DNA from: Gekko japonicus
Taxonomy: Eukaryota
NCBI RefSeq assembly: GCF_001447785.1
Contig: NW_015167073.1
Location: 246,692-310,691, forward strand
Length of the DNA: 64,000 nucleotides
Direction: 5' to 3'
The notes beneath the pieces were generated by a model. It ran no database searches. It was not told where the DNA came from and was given only the letters and a program-made list of their open reading frames with translations. A program made the translations under genes and the position numbers. Below, piece after piece: positions 37,790-49,948 of the stretch (the stretch's first letter is position 1; the number at the start of each line of letters is the position of its first letter).

Positions 37790-38381
37790 CTAAAGAATAG
37801 CCTGTATTTGGCGTCTAAGGAGGGCTCGTCTGGACCCATGCGAGCATTTAGATCTCCCACTAGAAGAATAATAGATTTAGGGTATGTTTCAACTATCCCC
37901 CGAAAAGAGAGGTTATGTATGTGTGCGTCTGGGGAGATCGAATCCCAGGAACACGTGTTCCTGAGGTGCCCATTATATAACGAGGATCGTACAAAACTAA
38001 TCGATCCTTTTCTGGCTGGCACTTCAGACCAGGATAAGATAGAAAATTTGTTTTCTAACTTTGAACATAGAGCGCTGCATCAGATTGCGAAATTCTGCCT
38101 ACTGGTTGTAAAAGCTCACCAGTGTTCTGGTTGTCACTTGGGTTAAGACTGCTTGTTTTTAATTCTATTGCCATTTTTGCCATTTTTATCATTTTTACTC
38201 TTTTAACTGCGTTTTATTGCAGCGTATTCTTAAGCTTGGTTTTAGTGATCAAAACGATTGTACAAATGTTGCCTCTTTTTAACCCTGTTGTATTTTCGGT
38301 AGTTTTATCATCCGGTTATTGTAATTTATTTTTTTAAGGTTTTATATTGCTGGCTATGCGCTGTAACAATAAAATTCATTC
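37790..38381 (+). mobile_element. 5'-truncated LINE 3' end with CCHC zinc knuckle (RTE-X-like, clade uncertain)
   Basis: ERLCMCASGEIESQEHVFLRCPLY; aataaa+(attc) tail; 16-bp TSD atacatagcattgtct. Confidence 0.8.
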
Positions 38382-38545
38382 ATACATAGCATTGTCTGCA
38401 AGCCTCCATAATGAACTTCCAGGCTAAACAGTGATTAGAATTCCCTTCCCAAACATATCATTTAACACCTACTAGCATATTATTCATGGTAAGCAACTGG
38501 CAGTGATTGGACAAAATTGGGTGCAGTTTGTCAAGACATCTGGGT

Positions 38546-39490
38546 TCATCTTCTCTGTTTAAAGCTCCGTCTTTGCAGCATTCTGGACACAGCCCCATGG
38601 ATATCCTTGTTGCGCAGGGAATAAATGATCGGATTGAGCAGTGGGGTGACCAAAATATATAGGACCGCAAGTTCTTTGTCACGATCAGGTGCTGCATCTG
38701 ACCCGGGTGTCAGGTACACAAAGATGAGGATGCTGTAGAATAAGATGACCACTATCAAGTGGGAGGCACACGTGGAGAAGGCCTTGCGCCGCCCGGCTGC
38801 TGACCGCATGCGTATCACAGTCACCAATATGAGCATGTAAGACATGAGGATAACAAAAAAGGGAATTACAATAGCCAGTGCAGCCACTGTAATAATAGTG
38901 AGCTTTGTCTCACATATGTCAGCGCATGCGAGCTTCAACACAATGGGCATGTCGCAGAAAAAATGATTGATGCGGTTGGGACCACAGTAGGGAAGGTGAA
39001 GGGTGATGCCCACATTTACTGAAGCAAGAACGAAGCCAGTTGCCCAAGAGGCTGAGGCAAGCTGAACTTGACGCCACCTACCCATGGCGGTGACATATAG
39101 CAGGGGACGGCAGATGGCCAAGTAGCGGTCATAAGCCATGGCGCCCAGCAGAAAACACTCGACGCTACCCAGGCAAATCACCATGTACATTTGAAAAGCA
39201 CACCGGGTGAAGGAGATGGCTCCGTTTCCAGCAAAGAGATGAGCCAGCATCTGGGGCAGGCTGGAGGTGACATAGAGGATCTCCAGGACCGAAAGATTTG
39301 AGAGGAAGAAGTACATGGGGGTGTGGAGGGAGGCGTCGCCTTGTACCAGCATGATGATCACGAGGTTCCCCACCACGGTGAGGGCATAGATGAGGAGGAT
39401 GACCAGGAAGAGAAGAATTTGTGTCTTGCGATGGTTGGTGAGTCCTACCAGAATGAATTCTGTGACAGAAGAGAGGTTCTCAGCCCCCAT
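38546..39490 (-). CDS. Olfactory receptor (class II) OR4, 314 aa
   Basis: Intact ORF from MGAENLSS with all OR motifs. Confidence 0.93.
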   Translation of the reverse strand: MGAENLSSVTEFILVGLTNHRKTQILLFLVILLIYALTVVGNLVIIMLVQGDASLHTPMYFFLSNLSVLEILYVTSSLPQMLAHLFAGNGAISFTRCAFQMYMVICLGSVECFLLGAMAYDRYLAICRPLLYVTAMGRWRQVQLASASWATGFVLASVNVGITLHLPYCGPNRINHFFCDMPIVLKLACADICETKLTIITVAALAIVIPFFVILMSYMLILVTVIRMRSAAGRRKAFSTCASHLIVVILFYSILIFVYLTPGSDAAPDRDKELAVLYILVTPLLNPIIYSLRNKDIHGAVSRMLQRRSFKQRR

Positions 39491-40805
39491 CGTGGGCTCC
39501 TGTCTGCAGAGAAAGGGCAAGAATCAGCGATGTAGACATGTGTAGCTCTCTGTCACATGGAAGTAAACAGTTCAGCTCAGTACCTTTACCGGCATAGATT
39601 GAAAGCGCGACAAGAACCACAGTTTTAATATACAAATCATCGCTCCAGAGCATTAACATTATATCCCCTAACCCTCGTAACAATCGAGAAATACCTCGCT
39701 ATTGAGAAGGTAATATGGGGGCACTGGTCCGATAAAAGGAAGGAGATAGGCCTCTGTCCCGGATAGCTTTGCCTGTTGTGCAAAAGGGGACTCAATTAAA
39801 ACATCCCATACTTTAACATAAAGTTCACGGTGAAGCCAAATGTGAGTAATTGATTCTGGTTTTTTTTACTGCTACATAGATCCTTTCATGGTAAGGAACA
39901 TTCACAAATCTCCCAGTGTCCTTCCATGCTGAAGGAAGGACGTTGTAAACACAGCCCATCAAATGTAACATCATGAGCTCAGTCGAAACAAAAGCAAGAG
40001 TCTCTATCAGTGTTCCCTTTCAGAATGTATGTCACAAGTGTCCCATAGCATGAGGGCGTGGAGTCCAGACACATAATATTGCTGCTCTGCTGTAGTAAAG
40101 ATCATCCCAACCTTCAGTCATGTTTGGTTGGATCCAGCCAGATGTCTCCCTTCTGAACAAGGGAGGAGGGGGGCTTTTGGGTCACCAGAAAAGGAGAACC
40201 AGGAGACCAACATGGAAAAAAAGCATTTAGAATAGAGGCTGTAGCAAGGTGGGCAAGATTCAAGTCCTGCAGCAACTTAGACCAATAAGATTTCCAGGGT
40301 ATTTCTTGAATGTTTATACCCTGGGAATATTGTTGGTCTTTAAGTTGCTACTGACAAGCTTTGTTGGTCTTTAAGTTGCTAGTTTTTAAAGTTGCTACCA
40401 AGAACATTCCCATGGTGTAAGCTTTCGTGAAAGTTTATACCCTGGAAATCTTGTTTATTTCTAAAGCCTGGGACTCCTCAGCAGTTTCTAGTGTTGAACG
40501 ACTACAAGCCACGGTCACTAGAGGGCCCCTCCACATCCAGAGGCAGAAAAATTCTCAATGCCAGTGCTAAGAGGCAATACTGGTGAAGGCTTTGGCCTCT
40601 GTTGGCCATCTTGGGGTTTTTTTGTATGCCGTGTGCAACTTTTTTTTAAGAACCAGGGGAAAAACCTAGGATCTGTAATGTTATCCTCAAGGCAGGAGGC
40701 GGATCATGAAACAACTCTCCGATGCTGACTGTGTGAACCCATTGGAAGTGAGGAGAAGGAGATGCCTAGATCCCCCAAAATCCTGAATGTCTCCCAATTT
40801 GTAGA

Positions 40806-41147
40806 TGGCGGCTCAAGTGGTTAAGACGCTGAACTGTAGGCTGTGGAAGGTCGGTAGTTCAGCAGTTCGAGACCCGAGTGTGCCGCATGATGGAGTGAGC
40901 TCCTGTCTCTAGTTCCAGCTCCTGCCAACCTAGCAGTTCGAAAGCAAGTTTGCAAGGAGATAAATAGGTACCACTTCGGTGGGAAGGTAACAGCGTTCAG
41001 TGCGCCTTGGTGTTTAGTCATGCCGGCCACATGACCACGGAAACGTCTTCGGACAGCGCTGGCTCTTCGGCTTTGAAACGGAGATGAGCACTGCAACCCT
41101 AGAGTCGGACTCGACTGGCTTTCGAGCAAGGGAACCTTTACCTTTTT
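40806..41147 (+). mobile_element. Sauria SINE
   Basis: Same family as 3350. Confidence 0.88.
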
Positions 41148-41159
41148 ACAGATGCGAAC

Positions 41160-41381
41160 TAGGGCAGCCAGCTCCAGTTTGGAAAATCCCTGGACATTTG
41201 GGGAGGGAACACTTGAGACGGCAGGGTTTAGGGTAGGACGGACCGCCCGTGGAGCATAATGCTATATCATTTGCAATCTAAAGCAGCCTTTTCTTCTCCA
41301 AGAGAACCGCTCTCTGTAGTCAGGAGATCAGTTGTCATTCCATGGGATCTCCACGCCACGCATGGAGGGCTGGCAACCCCA
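41160..41381. mobile_element. Blackjack-like ~210-bp MITE
   Basis: Ends tagggcagcca / tggcaacccca. Confidence 0.65.
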
Positions 41382-41521
41382 GTATGAACTAAACCATGCC
41401 TGTGCGCAGGGAAATTCTCCTGCAAACCACCAAAATGTTTCCCTTGACCTTGTGTGTGTAAAGTACCATCAAGTCGCAGCCAATTCATGGAAACAACAGT
41501 AAGGGGCTTTCAAGGCAAGCG

Positions 41522-41907
41522 AGAAGAAGAAGAAGAAGAAGAAGAAGAAGAAGAAGAAGAAGAAGAAGAAGAAGAAGAAGAAGAAGAAGANNNNNNNNNN
41601 NNNNNNNNNNNNNNNNNNNNNNNNNNNNNNNNNNNNNNNNNNNNNNNNNNNNNNNNNNNNNNNNNNNNNNNNNNNNNNNNNNNNNNNNNNNNNNNNNNNN
41701 NTCCCTTCCCCTCCCCACAACAGACACCCTGTGAGGTGGGTGGGGCTGAGAGAACTCTGACACAAACTGCTCTTTTTTAAGGACAGCTGTGCCAGAGCTT
41801 GTGACTGACCCAAGGTCACATCAGCAGGTGCAAGTGGAGGAGTGGGGAATCAAACCCGGTTCTCCCAGATTAGAGTCCGCACACTTAACCACTACACCAA
41901 ACTGGCT
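41522..41907 (-). mobile_element. tRNA/L2-tail SINE with expanded (GAA)n tail inside a 5S SINE
   Basis: Empty site aagcgagaagaaggtctgcc at about 50590 in the OR5 unit. Confidence 0.8.
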
Positions 41908-43094
41908 CTGCCATTGCCTTCCTCTGCAGAGCCTTCCTTGGTGGTCTCCCTTCCAAATACTGACCCTGCTTGGCTTCTGAAATCTGACAAGATCAGGTCA
42001 TACACCGTGCCACCTTCCCTCTTTCCCTGACATTAGTTCTGGAGAAACGGATGTGCAGTTGGTTGGATCATGGTGGGGATATGTCCAGTCCAAAGAGCAT
42101 TGTTTTTTTCTTCTTTTTATCTTTATTTAGGCTCTCAAGTTTAGAGAAATTAAGGGCGATGAGAGGCAGAAAGGGATAAGATAAAAGTGTCCAAGCCCTC
42201 TTCAGGCAGTGTATTAAGTGAAGTCAATACCTTTTCAGGATGGAGAATGCCCACAATCTTAGCCAGAGCAGATGGTCCTGATAGGCCCATCCACAGAAGC
42301 ATCAATGACCAATAGGAGTTCCACACCTTCCTCTTACATACTGCAACATATAAGCTTACCTCAATTCTCCACCCAGGCGTTCCTCAAGCAGAGATACATT
42401 TTTCATACTAGTGGCTAACATTAAGGCATGCGACAGCTGGGTGGTTTTTAGTCTGCTTTCTGGTGCCAGATGTTAAAAGATCATGTGAAAGACAACTGGA
42501 TTGTCCCCGGTTATGGGAACATTTTCTCTCACCCTGTGATGGAGGCTTTTCTATGTTGCTCTGAAAGAGCTGTTGACTGTCGTTTTCTTCTTCCAGTATG
42601 AAAACTTCAAGCTGGAAAAATGACAAGATCCTGTGGAATGAATTATGGGCCATATTACTGGTTGGGGATACATTGTAGGGTTGATTGAGTCTCGGAGCCT
42701 TCATTCCAAAGAGGAAGGAAGAACACAGTGATATCCATTTTTTCCAAGGAGGTGCTTCAAAGCTCAGGCCAGTGTGGGAGCTGCTTTGAGATAAATGGTC
42801 CATCAAATCTGTCTATATCTGGACTGGCAGCACAGCTTCTGAGTCTCTGATAGACTTCCATAACATAAATCCTGAGATCTTTAAGTGGCAAGCCAGAGAC
42901 TTCATGCATTCCAAGGATATCCTTTAACACTAAGCTCTGGTTACCAAACCCCCTTGAGGAGGGCTCATACAACAATTTTGCAAAGCCTTTTAAGATAAAG
43001 AGTCCACACAACCCATTTTCTTCAACAGTTTGACTACTCTCAGCATTAGAAGACTGACAGCATTGTGGTGTCTTTCCCTGTGACCTGTCCAAGA

Positions 43095-43215
43095 TTCAAG
43101 GATTCAGTAATGTAGTAAACTGTGGATATACTCCACAGTTACTACTCTGATCCCTGTGGTACTTCTCCTGTGGTTCATTAGCAGTCTGTTTGTTCCTTTA
43201 ACCTCTTGGGTATCT
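43095..43215 (-). promoter_or_regulatory. Conserved putative OR promoter block (OR4)
   Basis: tcatta at 43175-43180; homologous to the other five blocks. Confidence 0.55.
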
Positions 43216-43238
43216 GAAACACTTAGAGCACTTAGAAA

Positions 43239-43580
43239 AGTGTTATACATTTTTTTCTTTTTTTTACTTTGCAGCTTTTCAAATCATTTGTAAGTTGTTG
43301 GCAAAAAAGAAGAAGAGAGGAAAAGGAATTTTCGTATTTATTTATTTCATTTAGTGTTATACATTTTTTTCTTTTTTTTACTTTGCAGCTTTTCAAATCA
43401 TTTGTAAGTTGTTGGCAAAAAAGAAGAAGAGAGGAAAAGGAATTTTCATATTTATTTATTTCATTTAGTGTTATACATTTTTTTCTTTTTTTTACTTTGC
43501 AGCTTTTCAAATCATTTGTAAGTTGTTGGCAAAAAAAGAAGAAGAGAGGAAAAGGAATTTTCGTATTTATTTCTTTCATT
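43239..43580. repeat. 114-bp unit, tandem x3
   Basis: agtgttatac at 43239, 43353 and 43467; single copy at about 51815-51940. Confidence 0.92.
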
Positions 43581-44258
43581 TATAGCCCACCTGGCCATCA
43601 AGGCACTGAGAATAGGGATGAACCAGTCTGTCAGTTTGAAGCTCTTTTAGAATTAAATCCAGAGTCCACATTTCCCTCTCATGATTTCTTTTCTTTTCTT
43701 TTTTAATTCCAAGATTGATTGTATTTTTTTCCAGTTGTTGTTTATAACTCTATTACATCCAATCACATGAACACATGAAGCTGCCTTATACTAAATCAGA
43801 CTCTTGGTCCATTGAAGTCAGTATTGTCTACTCAGATTTGCACTGGCTCTCTGGGGTCTCAGGCAGAGGTCTTGCACATCACCTCCTTCCTGACCTTTCT
43901 AACTGGAGATACTGGGGATTGAACCTGGGACCTTCTGCATGTCAAGCAGATTGCCACTGAGCCACTGCTGTTCCCCTTCCAACTCCAAAATGCTGTTTTT
44001 GCCCTATAAAGCCCTATATGGTCTGGAACAGAGGTACCCAAACACCCACTGAAGTTTTCACTGAAGGACCTCTTCTGTGTGCCCTTATATACTGAAACTA
44101 GGTGGTTATGCACAAGAGGCAGGGCCTTTTTGGGATTGGCACCCACACTTTGGGATTTCCTTTCCACAGAAGCTTGCCAGGTGGCAAATTTATGTTGCTT
44201 CAAGCACCAGGCATCTTTTCCTTTTCTCAAGATTTTTTATACCCCATATAGTTGATGT

Positions 44259-44675
44259 TGTGGTAGGAATTAAGTTTGACTCTGGCCAGTGGGAAAGACT
44301 CAGACAAGACTGTTCAGAAAGAAGCAACTGGTTTATTCCACTGCAGCAGAAGGTTCCCCCAGCTCTCCATCTGAAGGACCCAAGACATAGTTTTCGGTCA
44401 CCTTATATACACTCCCAATGATCATGCCTCAGCAATGTTAGGCTTCTTTGTTCTGTTTATCTACCACCAGTAATTTCCAGTTCACTCATCCTTGACTAGC
44501 CAAACACATTCTTCTTTAATCTGAACAAGACACCCCAGCACACATCTGTCATCCCTGCTGGCTCGGCCACCCTGGTTTGGCCTTCAAAGATTCTTTCCAC
44601 CTCAGCTATTTCTTAACTGATTTATTTGTTCATCAGTCTCCAGGTGGTGGCTGGAGATCTCCCATTATCCCCACA
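44259..44675 (-). mobile_element. Probable solo LTR
   Basis: Ends tgtggtagg / tccccaca; TATA (about 44403) and AATAAA (about 44332) on the minus strand; TSD degenerate (gatgt/ggtat). Confidence 0.55.
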
Positions 44676-46702
44676 GGTATTTATATTATTGTTTCTTTAT
44701 CCTTCACAATTTTAAATTCCATGCCAGTAGGAATTTTGCCTTAGGATGCGGTTTGAGGTGGCATTTCCCAGGCTGTGGGTCTTAACCCACAAGTGGGCCA
44801 TGTAACCTGCACAAGTGAGGCAGAGAGAGACAGAGGCTGGATGCTGCAATGGGAGTGGTCATGTGTGGGCAACAGTGAGCTTCTTGGATTTTAGCCTCCC
44901 CCCTCCAGGTTACACAAGTTTAGTGGTTGCTTTGAAGCCTCTCCCAATTTTTCCCGAGGGAGGACCACTTTGCTGCAGCCTTCTTTGGGCTTTGGACATG
45001 ACATCAACGTTCCATTCCATTTTTAAAGTCTGCTCTGTTGATTCATGAGCTATTGACTAGCAACATTAGCTTCTTTTTCATGTGACATGTCCTCAGTCTC
45101 TGTCTGCCTCTGTCTTGTGATAATATGGGGGACACTTTTGCATGCTATACCCAAGACCCGGGAACGTACTTTATGTCCAATCCCAACTCTCAAACCAAGC
45201 CCTTCTGGCATAGTATGTGCAGCAAGCAACTCACAATCCCAGACAAAATATGTACAAACTAAGCCAGACACCAACACTCAAAGTTTGGGTTAAAACCTGA
45301 TGAGTGTTTTTATTTATTTATTTATTTATAGTCAAATTTATACCCCGCCCTCCCCACAAAGCAGCCTCAGGGTGGCTTCCAACAACAAACACAACAACAC
45401 AGAATAAGAACATAAACAATACAGAATTAAAGCACAGCATTTAAAATAGTACATTACAAAATATCAGAATACTGGTGGCAGTTAAAAATCAAATGAATAC
45501 AGTGGTGGTACAGTAAGAAAATTTCCCAAGTTTCCTGGTGCACTTGATTAAGACCACCTGTTAATCTTAGATCTCTGCTGTGCCCGACCAACCTGGAAAG
45601 CATAGGAATCAGTTTGCTGTTTCTAAAATAACAGTCTTGGGGAACTTCAAAGATGATTGAATTTATTGTTAAAGAAGTTTTCACAGTAGGTTCTGGATCA
45701 CACATAAGGCTGCTGAAATGGGCAATTAGGAGAACAGGATTCCAGGGGCCTTTAACACTCTGGGGAACCATAGATCTGTGTAGTGAGTAATCAAAGTTGA
45801 GGATAACAGGGAGTCTTATATGACAAAAGGAACATGTTTATTCAGTTGATAATAATATAATTCCTTCCCACTCCAGCCTGCTAGCTGACACAGAGCCGGG
45901 AGGTGCATTGTACTTAAAAGTTATGTTTGTCCTTTCAGCAGTTCTGCCTTAAATGCCATAACTAGACAGCTTGAGCAAGTTCACTTTTTTTATCTGGGAA
46001 CAGCACCCAAACCCTGCTGTCAAAATCAATCCCTACTGGACTCCCTGCCAAGACCAGGTTACCTCCTATCCTTTCCCCTCCAAAATCCAACTGCCCTATT
46101 TGTCTATTGGCTGTTGACAGTTAAACTCCTTCACTCCCCACCACATACACTCCCATTACATTCAGCCTGCTTGAATCTGATTGGTCAGTTCAAAACAGGG
46201 AGAAAAGAGGGTGGGATTTTCTTCTGTCCATCACAACCCTGACCTGGATAGCCCAGGCTACCCGGGACTTGCTAGGTCTTGTAACCTAATCAGGGTCAGC
46301 CCTGGTTGGTAGCTGGATGGGAGACAACCATGGAACCCCAGGGTCACTACACAGAGACAGCCAATGGCAAAGCACCTCTGCTTGTCTCTTGACTTGAAAA
46401 CCCTACGAGGTCTCTATGAGTCGGCTGTGACTGGATGGTAAAAAACAACAGCAGCAGCAGCTGGCTGGCAGCAGGGGCCAAATATGGTTCTGTGTGCCAA
46501 GGTTCAAACTTCCTTGCTATACCACCAGAAGAGAAAGGGATCAAGTAAATATAATCAGTGGCACCATCTTGGCCCCATGATGCAAATGTAGACAGCATTG
46601 TCTGCAAGCCCACGTAAAGAACTTCCAGGCTAAGCAGTGATTAGAGTTCCTTTCCCAAAGACAGCATTTATCACCTACTAGCATATTATTCATGGTAAGC
46701 AA

Positions 46703-47820
46703 TGTTGGAAGAAAATGTGTTCCCACACACCCCCTCTGGTTCATGTTCCCCTGAATGTAATGCCTCCTTACCCAAGGCAGAAGGTGCAAGTTTGGAAACG
46801 CTGAGCGCTGGCCAGAGACACTCCAAGCCAAGGTCTCTCTTCTTATATATTGTTTTTATTTAAAAAGGCTCAGTATTCAGAGTTTACCTGACAAGATTGA
46901 ACAGCAAGACGCTGTATCAACTTGCCATACAATACACTTCTATTGCAACAAACTATAGACAGTAAACACACACAGAAAAATGAACGTGCAGACAAAGTAA
47001 CCCACCCCAAAAGCATGCAAGAAACGAAGAGGCCCCTTCGGGTTGACTTCCAATCTCTCAGGAGCTTTCCTGAGCTTTCAGAAGCCAACGAAATTCTGTT
47101 GGGGTTCCACCAGTATTTATACCCAATGATCAAAGGGTTTCCTTGATAATCCTATCACAGTTACCAAATTACAAGTGGAAATTGCCTACTGTAAATTGTT
47201 TTCCTGGAAGTTGAGATTGTAAATCCCTTCCTTACACCAAAAGTTCACACTCATTTACTGGGATGTTTTTTTATTGTTTTCCTGTGTTCCCACCATTTGG
47301 GGCAACACTGTCCTTTTGAAGTTATCAGAGGGCTACTTCAAAGGGGAAGGTGAGGTATGTGAAATCCTGTTGTCTCTGAGATCGCATATTGAATTAGGGT
47401 CCAGCTGCAATTGCTATTGTCTTTAAATTGTGGGTCTCATACTCATATTGATTCAAACAAACTGTCCTTTTGGTGTTATAGCTGAGATAAAAGCAGGGTT
47501 TGTGTGAAATTCTGTATCCCAGGAATTTATTTTGCATTTTGGATCAGCTGCCCAAATGGCCACACATTTTATGGCCTAGGAAATTGGGGTCTGTCGCTGA
47601 CCAGCTGCTTATTGTAAATCTCACACCTGGGAATGGAATGTCACTGAGAGGCATGCTCTGCTTAGAGCAAACAGGGCTTCAAAAGAATCATGGTCTGGTG
47701 TAGTGGGACAGGCTCATAGCTGTTTTTCTAGCAATGACAGAGATGAGTACATGGATTTTGTAAACTCTCTTGTTCATTTTAAACCCAAACCTTTCCATAT
47801 TTCTAATATTTCTAACCACA
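46703..47820 (-). mobile_element. 1118-bp solo LTR just 3' of OR5
   Basis: TG...CA ends; 5-bp TSD agcaa; empty site ggtaagcaactgg in OR4 at about 38490; TATA (about 47115) and AATAAA (about 46855) on the minus strand. Confidence 0.88.
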
Positions 47821-47874
47821 AGCAACTGGCAGTGATTGGACAAAATTGATTGCAGTTCATTAAGACATCCATGC

Positions 47875-48819
47875 TCAGCTTTTCTGTTTAAAGCCCCTTC
47901 TTTGCAGCATCCTGGACACAGCCCCATGGATGTCCTTGTTGCGCAGGGTATAAATGATCGGATTGAGCAATGGGGTGACCACAATATATAGGACAGCAAG
48001 TTCTTTGTCACGATCAGGTGCTGCATCCGACCCGGGTGTCAGGTACACAAAGATGAGAATGCCATAGAATAAGATGACCACTATCAAGTGGGAGGCACAC
48101 GTGGAGAAGGCCTTGCGCCGCCCGGCTGCTGACCGCATGCGTATCACAGTTGCCAGTATGAGCATGTAAGACATGAGGATAACAAAAAAGGGAATTACGA
48201 TGATCAGTGCAGCCAGAATGATAATGGTGCGCTCGGTCACATGTCTATCAGCACATGCGAGTTTCAACACAATGGGCATGTCGCAGAAGAAATGATTGAT
48301 GCGGTTGGGACCACAGTAGGGAAGGTGAAGGGTAATGCCCACATTTATTGAAGCAAGAAGGAAGCCACTTGCCCAAGAGGCTGAGGCAAGCTGAACTTGA
48401 CGCCACCTACCCATGGCGGTGACATATAGCAGAGGACGGCAGATGGCCAAGTAGCGGTCATAAGCCATGGCGCCCAGCAGAAAACACTCGACGCTACCCA
48501 GGCAAATCACCATGTACATTTGAAAAGCACACCGGGGGAAGGAGATGGCTCCGTTTCCAGCAAAGAGATGAGCCAGCATCTGGGGCAGGCTGGAGGTGAC
48601 ATAGAGGATCTCCAGGACGGAAAGATTTGAGAGGAAGAAGTACATGGGGGTGTGGAGGGAGGCGTCGCCTTGTACCAGCATGATGATCACGAGGTTCCCC
48701 ACCACGGTGAGGGCATAGATGAGGAGGATGACCAGGAAGAGAAAAATTTGTGTCTTGCGGTGGTTGGTGAGTCCTACCAGAATGAATTCTGTGACAGAAG
48801 AGAGGTTCTCAGCCCCCAT
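47875..48819 (-). CDS. Olfactory receptor (class II) OR5, 314 aa
   Basis: Intact ORF; close paralogue of OR4. Confidence 0.93.
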   Translation of the reverse strand: MGAENLSSVTEFILVGLTNHRKTQIFLFLVILLIYALTVVGNLVIIMLVQGDASLHTPMYFFLSNLSVLEILYVTSSLPQMLAHLFAGNGAISFPRCAFQMYMVICLGSVECFLLGAMAYDRYLAICRPLLYVTAMGRWRQVQLASASWASGFLLASINVGITLHLPYCGPNRINHFFCDMPIVLKLACADRHVTERTIIILAALIIVIPFFVILMSYMLILATVIRMRSAAGRRKAFSTCASHLIVVILFYGILIFVYLTPGSDAAPDRDKELAVLYIVVTPLLNPIIYTLRNKDIHGAVSRMLQRRGFKQKS

Positions 48820-49508
48820 TGTGGGCTCCTGTCTGCAGAGAAAGGGCAAGAATCAGCGATGTAGACATGTGTAGCTCTCTGTCACATGGAAGTAAACAGT
48901 TCAGCTCAGTACCTTTACTGGCATAGATTGAAAGCGCGACAAGAACCACAGTTTTAATATACAAATCATCGCTCCAGAGCATTAACATTATATCCCCTAA
49001 TCCTCCTAACAATCGAGAAATACCTCGCTCTTGAGAAGGTAATATGGGGGCACTGGTCCGCTAAAAGGAAGGAGACAGGCCTCTGTCCCGGATAGTTTTG
49101 CCTGTTGTGCAAAAGGGGACTAAATTAAAACATCCCATACATTTAACATCACGGTGGAGCAAAATTTGAGTGACCAGTTCTGGTTTTCTACTGCTACACT
49201 GACAGATCCTTTAAAGGTAAGGAAGGAACATTTGAAAATCTCCCACAGAGAACCACTGATGGGAGGACAATGTAAACACAAATAGCCCATCAAACTCAAC
49301 ATCAAGAGGTCAGTCAAAACAAAAGCGAGAGAGTCTTCAGTGTTGCCTTTCAGAATGTATGTCACAAGTTTCCCATAGTATGAGGGCATTGAGTCCAGAC
49401 ACATAGTAGTGCTGGTCTGCTGTAGTAGAAACAATCTCAGGTTTCAGTCATGATGGATTGGATCCAACCAGATTTTCCTCTTCTGAACAAGGGAGGAGGG
49501 GGGATTTT

Positions 49509-49948
49509 CAAGGCTGGCTCGCTCACTAGGCGAACTAGGTGTTCGCCTAGAGCACACCAGCCCTTAGGGGTGCCAAACTGCACCCGCCCCCCCCCGCCTA
49601 AAGACCTGCATTTCCACAGCCGGATGACCCCCGACGCTGCCCGCCACCTCTTTGGCCAGCTAACTTCTCCCTGCCTGCCCTCTCGGCTTCCCAGCGGAGC
49701 GCTTCTCCTCCTCCTCCTCGCGGCCAGGGACTGGCAGCTGCAGCAGGAGCAGCAGCAGCAGTAGGGCCGGGGAGCGACGGCTTGTGAGCTCCCCGTCGGT
49801 CAGCCTCTTCTCCAGGTGCCCTGACAAGGGGCGCCAAACTGCACTCGCCCCCCGCCAACAGCCCCCCATTGGCTCTAGCCGGGGGGGGCACGGGGGGCGC
49901 CAGAAGGGATCCTTGCCTAGAGTGCAAAATAAGCTGGGGGCAGCCCTG
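49509..49948. mobile_element. GC-rich hAT (Tip100-like) MITE
   Basis: Ends caaggctggc / gcagccctg; TSD gggatttt/gggctttt; empty site at about 40170. Confidence 0.8.

Noticed and set aside
43232-43706. Repetitive-peptide ORFs on both strands
   Set aside because: Result of the 114-bp (multiple of 3) tandem repeat; no coding evidence.
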